This document shows positions 46,728-62,490 of a DNA stretch of 64,000 nucleotides, in pieces. The position numbers were made by a program, and so were the translations under genes. The stretch comes from an uncultured Acidobacteriota bacterium (lineage in GTDB: Bacteria; Acidobacteriota; Thermoanaerobaculia; Multivoradales; JAGPDF01): positions 16,153-80,152 of the forward strand of contig CAWAGZ010000008.1 in the NCBI GenBank assembly GCA_963781755.1, read 5' to 3'. The first letter of the stretch is position 1. Each line of letters opens with the position of its first letter. The notes below the pieces were generated by a model. It saw only the letters and a program-made list of their open reading frames with translations. It was not told the origin of the DNA and did no database searches.

Positions 46728-47585
46728 TCACTCCGGACCGACGATGTCGGCGCGCTCGGCGGCCAGGATCGGCAGCCGCCAGCGCAGCCGGTCGGCCTCG
46801 CGCAGGTCGATCTCGGCGACCAGCAGGTGCTCGTCGAAGTAGGGCGCGCGGACCAGCACCTCGCCCCCCGGGCGCACGACGTGGCTGCCGCCGGTGTAGA
46901 AGGACCCTTCCTCCCAGCCGACGCGTCCGCAGTAGATCACCCATGCGGTGTTGAGCAGCGCCGAGGCGCGGGTCAGCGACTCCCACTCCTCCTGGGAAGG
47001 CGGCATCGGACCGGGGCCGACCCGGCCCGGCGAGGCCGAGACGACGCACAGCAGCTTGGCTCCGGCGCGCGCCAGGCGCTCGGCCGGGTCGGAGTGCCAG
47101 AAGTCCTCGCAGATCAGGATCCCGAACGGGTTGCCGGCGACCTCGGCGAGCGCCAGCCGCCGGCCCTGGCCGAAGAACCGCCCCTCCTGGAAGATGCCGT
47201 AGGTGGGCAGGTAGAGCTTGCGGTGGACGTGGGCGATCTCGCCTCCCGCCAGCAGCAGCGCGCTGTTGAACAGGAAGCCCCGCTCGTCCTCCTCGACGCA
47301 TCCCACGACGATCTCCATCTCCGGAGCCGCTTCGCGCAGGCGGGAGATCAGGGGCGAACGGTGGGGCTGGAGCGCGACCCGGGGGGTCAGGTGGAGCAGC
47401 CGGTAGCCGGTCAGGGAGAGCTCGGGGAAGACCAGCAGCTCGACCCCCTCGCCGCGGGCGCGCCCGATCCACTCCAGATGGTGCGCGAGGTTGTGCTCGA
47501 GGTCGCCCAGGCGGGCGTCGATCTGGGCGAGGCCGACCCGGATCCGCGTTCTGCGCTCGGCGGTCACCGTCGCGGATGCTAGCAT
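46728..47585 (-). CDS. carbon-nitrogen hydrolase (nitrilase superfamily) protein, likely the glutaminase partner of NadE
   Basis: E-K-C triad context: FPELSLTGY, …KLYLP…, ILICED; start set at MLASATVTAERRTRIRVGLAQ (ORF-track frame 46728..47624). Same reading frame as nadE but separated by two stops and a GGTGAGGAG RBS. Confidence 0.75.
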   Translation of the reverse strand: MLASATVTAERRTRIRVGLAQIDARLGDLEHNLAHHLEWIGRARGEGVELLVFPELSLTGYRLLHLTPRVALQPHRSPLISRLREAAPEMEIVVGCVEEDERGFLFNSALLLAGGEIAHVHRKLYLPTYGIFQEGRFFGQGRRLALAEVAGNPFGILICEDFWHSDPAERLARAGAKLLCVVSASPGRVGPGPMPPSQEEWESLTRASALLNTAWVIYCGRVGWEEGSFYTGGSHVVRPGGEVLVRAPYFDEHLLVAEIDLREADRLRWRLPILAAERADIVGPE

Positions 47586-47601
47586 CCCCGCCGGTCCGCA
47601 C

Positions 47602-48369
47602 GTGTTCCGACGAACCGCTCCCAAGCTGCTTCCAGCCCTGCTCCTGGCGCTCGTCGCCGGGCTCGTCGCCGCCTCGTACCGGCCGCTCCGGGCCCTGCCG
47701 CAGAGCGCCGCGGACGTCGCGAAGCCGGCCGACCTCGAGCTGGTCGACCGCGTGGTCGCCGTGGTGGACGAGGACCCGATCCTGCTCTCGGACGTCGAGC
47801 GGGTGATCGGCCTGCGGCTGGTCGAGGCGCGGCCGGACGAGAGCCGCCGGGCGCTCGAGAGTCGGGTCCTCGACGGCCTGATCGAGCAGCGCCTGCGACT
47901 GCACGAGATCGCCCGCTTCGGCTTCGAGGAGGCGCCGCTCGAGGATGTCGAGAAGCAGTTCGAGAACCTGCGCTCCCAGTTCCCCGACGAGGCGTCCTTC
48001 CGCGCCGAGCTCGACCGCCTCGGCCTCGACGAGTCGGCGGTGCGCCAGGTGCTCGCGCGGCAGCTGTCGATCCTCGCCTACGTCGAGGAGCGTCTCGGGC
48101 CGCGGGTCTTCGTCGGCGTCGACGACATCCGCCGCTACTACGAGGAGACGCTGACGCCGGAGCTGCGCAAGCAGGGCAAGCCCGTGCCGCCGCTCGACGA
48201 CGTGCGCGAGCAGATCCGCGCCGTGCTGCGCGAGAGCCGCCTGAACGACGAGATCGACCGCTGGACCGACGACCTGCGCAAGAAGGCCGACGTCGTCGAC
48301 CTGCTCGACGCTCCCGAGCGCCCGCTGCCCCCCGTCGTCGACACCGTCCCGCCGCAGTCGCCGGGCTGA
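47602..48369 (+). CDS. SurA-N-domain-like periplasmic chaperone (no PPIase domain evident)
   Basis: GTG start giving signal peptide (V)FRRTAPKLLPALLLALVAGLVAASY; helical SurA_N-like composition; ORF-track frame from 47491. Confidence 0.55.
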   Translation: MFRRTAPKLLPALLLALVAGLVAASYRPLRALPQSAADVAKPADLELVDRVVAVVDEDPILLSDVERVIGLRLVEARPDESRRALESRVLDGLIEQRLRLHEIARFGFEEAPLEDVEKQFENLRSQFPDEASFRAELDRLGLDESAVRQVLARQLSILAYVEERLGPRVFVGVDDIRRYYEETLTPELRKQGKPVPPLDDVREQIRAVLRESRLNDEIDRWTDDLRKKADVVDLLDAPERPLPPVVDTVPPQSPG

Positions 48370-48394
48370 GCGGCCGAAAGGCGGCGTCGCCCGC

Positions 48395-49780
48395 TCAGGG
48401 CGTGCCGCCCCAGGCGCTGCGATCGCCGGTCTCGAATCCGTCGCCGAAGACCGGGTCGCCGACGCCGAGGTCGGTGCCGGTGACGACGCCCAGCGGCGAG
48501 TAGCCGGCGTAGCCGGGGAAGACGAGGTCGACGCGGCCGTTGCCCAGGCGGCGCACGACGATCTCGGCGAGGACGCGGCGGAAGTCGTTGGTCACCTCGA
48601 CGTCGCCCTCGTTCAGGAGCTCTTCGCGCAGCCCGGGCCAGGTGCCGTGCAGGCCGCCGATGGCGTGCCCGGAGAGCACCATCAGGTTGTTGCCGTGGCC
48701 GTGGTCGGTGCCGTTGTCCTCGTTCTGGCCGGCGCGGCGGCCGAACTCCGACATCACGACCACGGTCAACCGTTGCGCCGGGTTGCCCGCCGCCGGGTCG
48801 CCCAGATCCTCCCAGAGCGCCGCCAGGCCGCGCGAGAGCTCGTCGACCAGGTCGCCGAAGATCCCCTGCTGCGGATTGCCGGGGTTGGCTTCGTTCTCGT
48901 GGTGGTCCCAGCCGCCGAGGTCCAGCGTGGCGATGCGCAGGCCGAGGTCGAGCTTGACCAGCTGCGCGATCGAGGCCAGGTTGTCGCCGAACCAGGTCGT
49001 CGGGTAGACGACGCCCGGGCGCGGCGTGTAGCCGCCCGAGGCGTAGAGCTCGACGATGTCCACCGCGTCGAGCGCCTGGAGTCCGGCCTGGTGGAGCCAC
49101 GTGGTGTCGCCCTCGTAGAGGTTGCGCAGCGCCACCCGCTGGCCGGTGCGCGCCGACCAGGGGCCGGTGGCGAGCGCGAAGTCGTCCGGGCTGCCCATGC
49201 TCACGGTCTCGTAGCTGCCGAGCTGCGAGACCGCCTGCAGACCGCCGATCGAGAGCGAGGGCATCAGGATCTGAGGCGGCAGGTTGCCCGCGCTGGTCAG
49301 GTGCCGGGTCAGCCAGCCGGTGGTGCCGTTGTTCACTCCCGGGGTGCCCAGCTCCATCCAGTTCATCGATTCGAAATGGCTGCGCTCGTTGGCGGCCATG
49401 CCGGCGGCCACCACCACCGCGAGGTTGCCGTCCAGGAAGATCTCGTGGAGCGGCGCCGCGGCCGGGTGGAAGCCGAACGGGGTCTCGCCGTCGGGGCCGG
49501 TCAGGGAACCCAGCGGGTAGCCCTCGGCCAGGTTCGCCGGGATCCCGATCTGCGGCCGCAGGAGGTCGTAGCGGGAGCGGTCGTAGCCGGCGGTCGGCAC
49601 GACCAGATTGAGGCCGTCCTGGCCGCCGCGCAGGAAGAGGACGACCAGAATCTCGTCGTTCCAGCTCCCGCCCTGCGCGAATGCCAGCGAGTTGAATCGC
49701 GATCCGGCCAGCGCGGCGATCGCCGCCGAGCAGCCGGTGACGAATCCGCGTCGGGTGATCTGACAGTGGCATCGGGACAT
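48395..49780 (-). CDS. DUF1501 family protein (sulfatase-fold) with Tat signal
   Basis: Twin-arginine motif TRRGFVTGCSAAIAALAG; DUF1501-typical length and downstream DUF1800 partner. Confidence 0.8.
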   Translation of the reverse strand: MSRCHCQITRRGFVTGCSAAIAALAGSRFNSLAFAQGGSWNDEILVVLFLRGGQDGLNLVVPTAGYDRSRYDLLRPQIGIPANLAEGYPLGSLTGPDGETPFGFHPAAAPLHEIFLDGNLAVVVAAGMAANERSHFESMNWMELGTPGVNNGTTGWLTRHLTSAGNLPPQILMPSLSIGGLQAVSQLGSYETVSMGSPDDFALATGPWSARTGQRVALRNLYEGDTTWLHQAGLQALDAVDIVELYASGGYTPRPGVVYPTTWFGDNLASIAQLVKLDLGLRIATLDLGGWDHHENEANPGNPQQGIFGDLVDELSRGLAALWEDLGDPAAGNPAQRLTVVVMSEFGRRAGQNEDNGTDHGHGNNLMVLSGHAIGGLHGTWPGLREELLNEGDVEVTNDFRRVLAEIVVRRLGNGRVDLVFPGYAGYSPLGVVTGTDLGVGDPVFGDGFETGDRSAWGGTP

Positions 49781-49798
49781 TCGTTCCTCCGCTCCCGT

Positions 49799-51517
<1,719 letters not shown>

Positions 51518-51747
51518 CGGGTACTCGCCGCCCGGCAGCTCCCGGCGCAGGCGGAAACGGCCGTCCCGCGGACGATCGAACGGGCGCGGCGGACGCCGCG
51601 CGGGGGCGAAGAACATGGTGTCTCCTCCGGGGATCGAGGTTGCGCCCCCACCCTAGCGGGGGGTGACCGGCGGCGAAGCGGAGCGCGGCACACCGCCCCG
51701 GCGGAAGGGGTCACGGAAGCGCGCCCTGCGATAGAGTTTTTTCGACT

Positions 51748-52848
<1,101 letters not shown>

Positions 52849-52939
52849 GATCCGGCCCGAAGCCGGCCCGGACCCGTCGCAACCCGGTCAGGTTCCGATC
52901 GAGAGCCCTTACCCCCATCCCCGGAAGGAGAGACCAGGC

Positions 52940-53323
52940 ATGTACCCGAGCGATTGCCGCTACACGCGGGAGCACGAGTGGGTGCGGATCGAGGACGATC
53001 TCTGCGTCCTCGGCATCACCGATTTCGCCCAGAACGAGCTGGGCGAGGTGGTCTACGTCGAGCTGCCCGAGATCGGACACATGTTCGACGCCGGCGACGA
53101 GCTGGGGACGATCGAATCGGTGAAGGCGGTGGCCGAGGTCTACACGCCCGTGGCCGGCGAGATCGTCGAGATCAACGAATCCTTGCGCGACGACCCGCAG
53201 TCGATCAACGAGGACCCGCACGGCGACGGCTGGCTGGTCAAGATCAAGTACTCGGCCTCCTCCGATTTCGAGGAGCTGATGAAGGCGGATCAGTACGAGA
53301 AATACACCCAAGAAGGGACGTGA
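52940..53323 (+). CDS. gcvH: glycine cleavage system H protein (lipoyl carrier)
   Basis: Lipoyl-lysine context ESVKAVAEVYTPV; 127 aa. Confidence 0.95.
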   Translation: MYPSDCRYTREHEWVRIEDDLCVLGITDFAQNELGEVVYVELPEIGHMFDAGDELGTIESVKAVAEVYTPVAGEIVEINESLRDDPQSINEDPHGDGWLVKIKYSASSDFEELMKADQYEKYTQEGT

Positions 53324-53327
53324 ACCC

Positions 53328-56225
<2,898 letters not shown>

Positions 56226-56226
<1 letters not shown>

Positions 56227-56600
56227 TGCTGCGTACGGAGGCGGTGCTCGGAGGCTTCTTCCTCGCGACCTGGATCGTCGCGCTGATCTACGGGGTGGGG
56301 TGGCTCGAGGCGCCCGGCCTCGCGCTGTCGCTCTACGGTCTGTTCAGCTTCGCCGCCGCGTTCGGCTGGGTGATCGGCAACCTCTACGTCCTGCGCCTGC
56401 GCTCGTTGCCCGCCGAGCCGCGCCGTCTCAGGCGCCGGTTCGGCGTCCTCTACCTCGCGGTCTCCGCGGGCGTCGTCGCTCTCGCCCGCGCCATGGCGCC
56501 CCCCGAGCTGCGCCTCGCGGCGCCGCTCGCCGAGCCGCTGGCGCTGGGCGTCTACGCCATCTTCTTCATGGTTCCGCTGACGCTGCGACGGCGGGCGTGA
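56226..56600 (+). CDS. small integral membrane protein (3-4 TM), translationally coupled to gcvP (taGTG)
   Basis: GTG overlapping the gcvP TAG stop; hydrophobic segments FFLATWIVALIYGVGW, LSLYGLFSFAAAFGWVIGNLYVL, VLYLAVSAGVVALA, LGVYAIFFMVPL. Confidence 0.4.
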
Positions 56601-56711
56601 CATCGACGTCGCACCGCGGTCGCCGGGCGCTCGGTTAGACTCGAAGGCGTTCGCGGCGGCGCATGAGGGCCGGCGGCCGCCGAAAGCGGATCGGACGGGA
56701 AGGAGAGGCAC

Positions 56712-57062
56712 GTGACCTACGAATACGGAGTCGTGATCCGTCGTCAGAAGAAGGGCGAGCCGATCGTCTGGCAGTTCTGGGTGGGCGCCGGACACGTCCA
56801 CGAGGAGTCCAGTTTCCTGGCGATGATGAACTGGGCCGGAGCGCGGGGATTCGAGGCCTTCGCCGCCGGCAACTTCGACGAGATGGGGGTTCCCGAGGTG
56901 ATCCTCAAGCGCGCGATCGCCTCGCCCCCGCCGCCGCCGACCGGCGAGCACGCCGCGACGCCGGGCTCGACCGGCCGCGAGCTCGCGAGGACGCCGGCCA
57001 AGGCGCGGACCGGATCCCGGACCGCGCGCCCGCGCAAGAAGACTTCCAAGCCGTCGGGCTGA
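56712..57062 (+). CDS. hypothetical small protein with Pro-rich, basic C-terminal tail
   Basis: Strong RBS GGAAGGAGAGG 7 nt before GTG; N-terminal 70 aa look globular ([32 protein letters not shown]…). Confidence 0.45.
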   Translation: MTYEYGVVIRRQKKGEPIVWQFWVGAGHVHEESSFLAMMNWAGARGFEAFAAGNFDEMGVPEVILKRAIASPPPPPTGEHAATPGSTGRELARTPAKARTGSRTARPRKKTSKPSG

Positions 57063-57066
57063 GCCG

Positions 57067-57672
57067 GTGGCCGAATTGCGCTCGGTGGCGGTCTTCTGCG
57101 GCTCCCGGCTCGGGAGCCGGCCCGCCTACCGACGGGCCGCGGAGGATTTCGGCCGCACGGCCGCCCGGCGCGGGCTGACCGTCGTCTACGGCGGCGGCAA
57201 CGTCGGCCTGATGGGCGTGCTCGCGGACGCCGCACTGGCCGAGGGCGGGGAGGTGGTCGGCGTCATCCCGCGCTTTCTGGTCGAGCGGGAGGTCGGCCAC
57301 GGCGGCGTGACGCGCCTGCTCCTGGTCGACTCGATGCACGAGCGCAAGGCACGGATGGCGGAGATGGCCGACGCCTTCGTGGCTCTGCCCGGCGGTCTGG
57401 GGACGCTCGAGGAGCTGTTCGAGGCCTGGACGTGGAACCTGCTCGGCCTGCACGCCAAGCCGTGCGGCCTGCTCGACTCGGAGGGCTACTTCTCGCCCCT
57501 GGTCGGTTTCCTCGACCGGACGGTCGAGGAGGGCTTCGTCTCGGCCGGACACCGCGGCATCCTGGTGGTGGAGCGCGAGCCCGGCCTTCTGCTCGATCGC
57601 CTGGCCGCGGCGCCGGCGCCGCCGGCCGCGAAGTGGACCGAGCCGGGCAGCGTCGACCTCGAGCGCAGTTGA
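57067..57672 (+). CDS. LOG family protein (TIGR00730; cytokinin riboside 5'-monophosphate phosphoribohydrolase-like)
   Basis: VFCGSRLG…, [12 protein letters not shown] (PGGxGTxxE motif); 201 aa. Confidence 0.85.
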   Translation: MAELRSVAVFCGSRLGSRPAYRRAAEDFGRTAARRGLTVVYGGGNVGLMGVLADAALAEGGEVVGVIPRFLVEREVGHGGVTRLLLVDSMHERKARMAEMADAFVALPGGLGTLEELFEAWTWNLLGLHAKPCGLLDSEGYFSPLVGFLDRTVEEGFVSAGHRGILVVEREPGLLLDRLAAAPAPPAAKWTEPGSVDLERS

Positions 57673-57688
57673 GCCCGCGGCGCCGGGT

Positions 57689-58723
57689 TCAGCCCGCCGG
57701 ACGCCGTTCGAGCAGCATGGCGTCGCCGTAGGAGAAGAACGAGTAGCCCTCGGCCACGGCGTCGCGGTACGCGTCGAGCACCCGCTCGCGCCCGGCGAAG
57801 GCGGCCACCAGCATGAGCAGCGTCGAGCGCGGCAGGTGGAAGTTCGTTATCAGCGCGTCGACGACCTGGAAGCGGAAGCCGGGGACGATGAACAGCTCGG
57901 TCGAGCCGGCGCCCGCGCGGACCTCCCCCGCGTCGGCCAGGGCGGCGCTCTCGAGGGTGCGGACGACGGTGGTGCCGACGGCGACGACACGACGGTTCGC
58001 GGCGCGGGCGCGGGCGATGGCGGCGGCGGTGGCCGCCGACACCGACCAGCGCTCGGCGTCCATCCGGTGCTCGTGGACCAGCTCGGCCGTGACCGGCTTG
58101 AAGGTCCCGAGGCCGACGTGGAGGGTCACCGCCACTCGTTCGACCCCACGCGCATCGAGCTCGGCCAGCAGCTCGCCCGAGAAGTGCAGGCCGGCGGTCG
58201 GCGCCGCGATGGCGCCCGGCTCGCGCGCCCAGACGGTCTGGTACCGCTCGCGGTCCTCGGGCTCGTCCGGGCGGTCGATGTAGGGCGGGAGCGGAACATG
58301 GCCGAGAGTGTCGAGATGGGGCTCGACCGGGCCGGAGAAGCACAGGCGCCGCCGTCCCTCGGCGCCCCGCGAGATCACCTCGGCGTCGAGCTCCGGCGAG
58401 AAGACCAGCCGCACGCCGGGTCGCGCCTTGCGTCCCGGGCGCACGAGGCAGTCCCAGGTGCGCGCGTCGACCCGCTGGGCGAGCAGGACCTCGATCCGGC
58501 CGCCGCCGGGCTCGCGCCGGGCGAAGAGACGAGCCGGCAGCACCCGGGTGTCGTTGACCACCAGCAGGTCGCCGGGACGCAGGATCGACGGCAGAGCCGA
58601 GACCCGGCGGTGGCGGGAGCCGGCAGGCGCGTCGAGGACGAGGAGCCGGCTGGCGCCCCGCGGTTGCGGTTTCTGGGCGATCCTTCCGGCGGGCAGCTCG
58701 TAGTCGAAGTCGCGGACCAGCAT
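57689..58723 (-). CDS. queA: S-adenosylmethionine:tRNA ribosyltransferase-isomerase
   Basis: Start at MLVRDFDYELP within ORF 57689..59260; full QueA similarity (…NDTRVLPARL…, …GTTVVRTLES…). Confidence 0.9.
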   Translation of the reverse strand: MLVRDFDYELPAGRIAQKPQPRGASRLLVLDAPAGSRHRRVSALPSILRPGDLLVVNDTRVLPARLFARREPGGGRIEVLLAQRVDARTWDCLVRPGRKARPGVRLVFSPELDAEVISRGAEGRRRLCFSGPVEPHLDTLGHVPLPPYIDRPDEPEDRERYQTVWAREPGAIAAPTAGLHFSGELLAELDARGVERVAVTLHVGLGTFKPVTAELVHEHRMDAERWSVSAATAAAIARARAANRRVVAVGTTVVRTLESAALADAGEVRAGAGSTELFIVPGFRFQVVDALITNFHLPRSTLLMLVAAFAGRERVLDAYRDAVAEGYSFFSYGDAMLLERRPAG

Positions 58724-58746
58724 GGCGGTTCCCGGCGGCCGGAGGA

Positions 58747-59733
58747 TCAAGGGGCGGTCGTGCCGGAGCGCGGGTCGAGACGGTCGCGCAGGGCGTCTCC
58801 GATCAGACCGCAGGCCAGGACGGTCGCGACCAGGGCCAGGCCCGGGAAGAGCGAGATCCACCAGGCGCTGGCGGCGACCTCGCGGCCGTCCGCGATCAGG
58901 TTGCCCCAGGAGGGCACGGGCGGCGGGACCCCCAGGCCGAGGAAGGAGAGCGCGGCCTCGGTGGTCACGGCCGCCCCCATCGCCAGCGACGCCTCGATCG
59001 CGACCGGCGCCGCCACGTTGGGCAGCAGATGGCGCCGCGCCAGGCGCAGCGGCGGGACGCCGGCGGAGCGCGCCGCGAGCACGAAATCGCTGCCGCGGAT
59101 CTTGCGCGTCTCGGCGCGCACGAAGCGGGCGACCGGCATCCACCCGGAGAGTCCCAGCACGACCACGGTCGTGGTGACGCCGGCGGGCACGACGGCGACC
59201 AGGGCGACGAGCAGGAAGAGTCGGGGGAAGGCCTGCGCCGCCTCGATCGCACCCAGCCATGTCCGGTCGCCGATGCCGTGCGAGAGGCCGGCGACGAGGC
59301 CGACGGGGACGCCGACCGCGAGGGAGAGCGCGACGGCCAGCAGACCGACGGTCAGCGAGACCCGGGCCCCGGCCAGCAGCCGCGCCGCGACGTCGCGGCC
59401 GAGCGCGTCGGTCCCGAGCCAGAACCGCCGCACGCCGACCGGCCGCCGGGTGTCGACGGCGTCGGTGGCGACCTCCCGGGTGCCGTGCGGACCTTCGAGC
59501 CGGAATCCGTCCGCCTCCCGCTCGATCCTCTCGGCGGCCAGGTCGTAGCCGGCGGACAGGCGCAGGGTCTCGAAGCGCGCTCCGGGGGGCGCCAGCGCCG
59601 TCGCCCCCGGGTCCAGCGTCAGCTCGGGGTCGCCCCCTTCGAGCGCGGGCCCGACCAGCGCCAGCGCCGCGAGCAGCGCCAGGGTGGCCACACCCGCCGT
59701 CAGGGACGCGGAGCGGCGGCGCGCTTCAGGCAT
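58747..59733 (-). CDS. ABC transporter permease, OppC/DppC-type (oligopeptide/dipeptide family)
   Basis: Start at MPEARRRSASLTAGVATLALLAAL (ORF-track frame to 59847); EAA-like loop …AARSAGVPPLRLARRHLLPN…. Confidence 0.85.
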   Translation of the reverse strand: MPEARRRSASLTAGVATLALLAALALVGPALEGGDPELTLDPGATALAPPGARFETLRLSAGYDLAAERIEREADGFRLEGPHGTREVATDAVDTRRPVGVRRFWLGTDALGRDVAARLLAGARVSLTVGLLAVALSLAVGVPVGLVAGLSHGIGDRTWLGAIEAAQAFPRLFLLVALVAVVPAGVTTTVVVLGLSGWMPVARFVRAETRKIRGSDFVLAARSAGVPPLRLARRHLLPNVAAPVAIEASLAMGAAVTTEAALSFLGLGVPPPVPSWGNLIADGREVAASAWWISLFPGLALVATVLACGLIGDALRDRLDPRSGTTAP

Positions 59734-60688
59734 TGCGGACCCTCGGATCGAGGGCGGCGTGCGCCAGCTCGGCGATCGCGCTTCCCACCACGACCGCGGC
59801 GGCGGCCAGCGCGGCGCTGGCGACCAGGACCGGGTAGTCGCGTGCACCGAGCGCGTCGTAGGCCACGCGCCCCAGCCCCGGCCAGGCGAAGACCACCTCG
59901 ACGGCGAGCGAGCCGGAGAGCAGCGCGCCGATCGAGAAGCCGACGAGCTGCATCAAGGGAGCCGCGGCGGCGCGCAGGGCGTGGCCGAACAGGACCCTCG
60001 AGGCGCTCAGACCGCGCGCCCGGGCGGCCACCAGGAAGGGCTCGCCGGCGATCTCGAGCAGCGCCGCGCGAACGAAGCGCGCGGTGCCGGCCGCGGCCGG
60101 AAGCCCCACCGCGAGCGCCGGCAGAGCGAGGTGCGCGAGCAGGTCGGTGAAAGCGCCGAAGGGTCCCGTCCCGGGCGCGCCCGAGGCCACGCCGCCGGCG
60201 GGCGCGATCCGCCAGCGGACCGCGAAGGTGCCGAGCAGGAGCAGGGCGAGCCAGAACCCGGGGACGGCGCGCAGCGTGAGGGTCGAGGCGCGCAGCATCC
60301 AGTCGAGCGGGCCGTCCGGCCGGCGGGCCGCGAGCAGCCCCAGCGCGAGGCCGCCGACGAGCTCGATGCCGAGCGCGGAACCGGAGAGCAGCAGGGTCCA
60401 GGGCAGGGCCTCTCCGATCACCGCCACGACCGGCCGGTGCTGCGCCAGGGACGGCCCCCAGTCGCCGCGCGCGGCGGCGGCGAGGAAGAGCAGGTAGCGC
60501 TCGCCCAGCGGCCGGTCGAGGCCCCAGGCCGCGCGCACGCGCGCGGCCTGGTCGGGCGGGACGCGCGGATCCTCCGGGATGACGCCCGGACCGCCGGGAA
60601 GCGAGTGAACGAGCACGAACGACGCGCTGACGACCACGAACAGCAGGGTGGCCACGACGGCCAGGCGGCGGACGAGGAGCCGGGCCAA
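59726..60688 (-). CDS. ABC transporter permease, OppB/DppB-type
   Basis: MARLLVRRLAVVATLLFVVVSASFVLVHSLPG (typical DppB N-terminus), EAA loop …AARARGLSASRVLFGHALR…; overlaps the next gene by 8 nt. Confidence 0.85.
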   Translation of the reverse strand: MARLLVRRLAVVATLLFVVVSASFVLVHSLPGGPGVIPEDPRVPPDQAARVRAAWGLDRPLGERYLLFLAAAARGDWGPSLAQHRPVVAVIGEALPWTLLLSGSALGIELVGGLALGLLAARRPDGPLDWMLRASTLTLRAVPGFWLALLLLGTFAVRWRIAPAGGVASGAPGTGPFGAFTDLLAHLALPALAVGLPAAAGTARFVRAALLEIAGEPFLVAARARGLSASRVLFGHALRAAAAPLMQLVGFSIGALLSGSLAVEVVFAWPGLGRVAYDALGARDYPVLVASAALAAAAVVVGSAIAELAHAALDPRVRNA

Positions 60689-60691
60689 GGT

Positions 60692-62365
60692 TCAGCGCGC
60701 GGGCGGCCGGCGCGACCAGCGGTCGAGGGTGCGCAGCGCGGAGATCGCGTCGGTCTCGATGCCCTCGATGTCGCGGGCGGCCGCGCTCAGCCGCTTCGGC
60801 TCCCACAGAAAGGTGTAGGGCTGCTCGCGGTGGAGGATGCGCTGGAGACGGATCAGCTGGGGCCGCGCGGCTTCGAGATCGGGGGCGTCGCGGATCTGGT
60901 CGAGGAGCCGGTCCACCTCCGCGTTGCGGTAGGCGACGAAGTTGTGGCCGCGGTCGCCGATCTGAGAGGAGTGGAAGTCGGGTCGGAAGTCGAGCGTGGA
61001 AGGGATTCCCCAGCCGCCGATGACGGCGTCGTAGTCGCCGACGAGCTCCCGTTCCCACTCGACCTGGAACTCGAGCGTCGCGGGCTCGGCGTCGATCCCG
61101 ACGCGCCGCAGCTGGTCGCGGACCAGAACCGCCGCTTCGGCGCGCATCCGGTTGCCCGTGTTGGTGGTCAGGGTGAAGCGGAACGGCCGCCCGTCGCGTT
61201 CGAGGACGCCGTCGCCGTCGCCGTCGCGGAAGCCCTTGGCCGCCAGGATCGCGCGCGCCTGTTCGGGATCGTAGGGCCACGGCTCGAGGTCGGGATCCCG
61301 GGCCCACACGCCCGGCGGCACGGGCCCGGAGCAGATGCTGGCGAAACCGCGCATCAGGGTTTCGACGAGGCTCTTGCGGTCGATCGCGAGCGTCAGCGCG
61401 CGGCGGATCTCGGGATCGTCGAAGGGCGGGCGGCGGTTGTTCCAGCCGATGTACTCGAACTGCCGCACGTCGGTGACGATCAGACGCAACCGGTCCGAGG
61501 CGCGGACGCGCTCGGCGTCGCGCGGCGTCAGACCCTCGTAGAAGTCGAGATCGCCGGCCAGCAACCGTTCGACCAGCGCGGCGGAGTCCGGGATGACCCG
61601 GAAGACGACGCGTTCGAAGCGGGATCCGGCCGGCGGATCCGAACCCTCCGTGGCGGCGCTCGCGGCCGGCGCCCGGATCGCCGGATTGCGGATCAGCGTG
61701 AAGTCGGAGGACTTGGAGGTCCAGTCCGCGAGCAGGAAGGGGCCGCTGGTCACCAGATGCTGCCGGAACCAGGGCTCCGACACGCGCCAGCGCTCGAAGG
61801 GCAGCGGCTTCCAGGCGTGGCTCGGCAGCACCCGGCCGTCGTTGACGTCGATCACCGAGAACGGATAGGCCTCGCGAAAGCGGAAGCGCACGGTCCGCTC
61901 GTCGACGGCCTGGACCGACTCGATCTGGTGCTTCGAGTTGGCGAAGGGCCAGGCGATCTCGGGCGAGAGCTGCGCCTCGTAGGTGAAGCGGACGTCCTCG
62001 GCGGTCACCGGCGCGCCGTCGCTCCAGTGGGCGCCCGGTCGCAGGTGGAAGGTCAGCTCGAGACCGTCGGGCGAGATCTCCCAGCTCTCGGCCAGCTCCG
62101 GTTCCAGACTGGGCGGGTGCTGGGCCCAGTCGGTCTGCTCGGCGAGCAGGGAGAGGAAGAGCTGGTCGAGGACCTCGTTGGTCAGTCTCACGCCGCCGGA
62201 GAGCAGCGCGTTGACGCCCTCCAGTCCGACCGTCGCTCCGATGGTCACGGTGCGGGACCGCGCCGGATCGGCCGGGTTGCGACGCGCCGGTCCCGGACAG
62301 GCGCAGACGCACAGCGCCAGAACGGCGCCGGCGACGGGAGCGAGACGTCGCGCTGGAGGCCTCAT
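60692..62365 (-). CDS. ABC transporter substrate-binding protein, family 5 (peptide/opine/nickel type), probable lipoprotein
   Basis: 557 aa; signal plus LALCVCAC lipobox-like; SBP_bac_5 similarity throughout. Confidence 0.85.
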   Translation of the reverse strand: MRPPARRLAPVAGAVLALCVCACPGPARRNPADPARSRTVTIGATVGLEGVNALLSGGVRLTNEVLDQLFLSLLAEQTDWAQHPPSLEPELAESWEISPDGLELTFHLRPGAHWSDGAPVTAEDVRFTYEAQLSPEIAWPFANSKHQIESVQAVDERTVRFRFREAYPFSVIDVNDGRVLPSHAWKPLPFERWRVSEPWFRQHLVTSGPFLLADWTSKSSDFTLIRNPAIRAPAASAATEGSDPPAGSRFERVVFRVIPDSAALVERLLAGDLDFYEGLTPRDAERVRASDRLRLIVTDVRQFEYIGWNNRRPPFDDPEIRRALTLAIDRKSLVETLMRGFASICSGPVPPGVWARDPDLEPWPYDPEQARAILAAKGFRDGDGDGVLERDGRPFRFTLTTNTGNRMRAEAAVLVRDQLRRVGIDAEPATLEFQVEWERELVGDYDAVIGGWGIPSTLDFRPDFHSSQIGDRGHNFVAYRNAEVDRLLDQIRDAPDLEAARPQLIRLQRILHREQPYTFLWEPKRLSAAARDIEGIETDAISALRTLDRWSRRPPAR

Positions 62366-62490
62366 GGAGAGGCCCCGATGCTAGAGAAGGCGGGCGGAAA
62401 ACGAAAGCGGGAGCCCCTGGAGGGACTCCCGCGAGATCGGGCGACCGGGGCCGGAGGCGGGATCCGCCCCCACCTCCGGGTCACGCGCCG

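Noticed and set aside
47491-47624. Overlapping divergent 5' ends of the nitrilase gene (ORF to 47624) and the SurA-like gene (ORF from 47491)
   Set aside because: Both long forms are N-terminal over-extensions. Internal starts (Met at 47585 for the nitrilase; GTG ~47602 giving a proper signal peptide for the SurA-like protein) remove the overlap.
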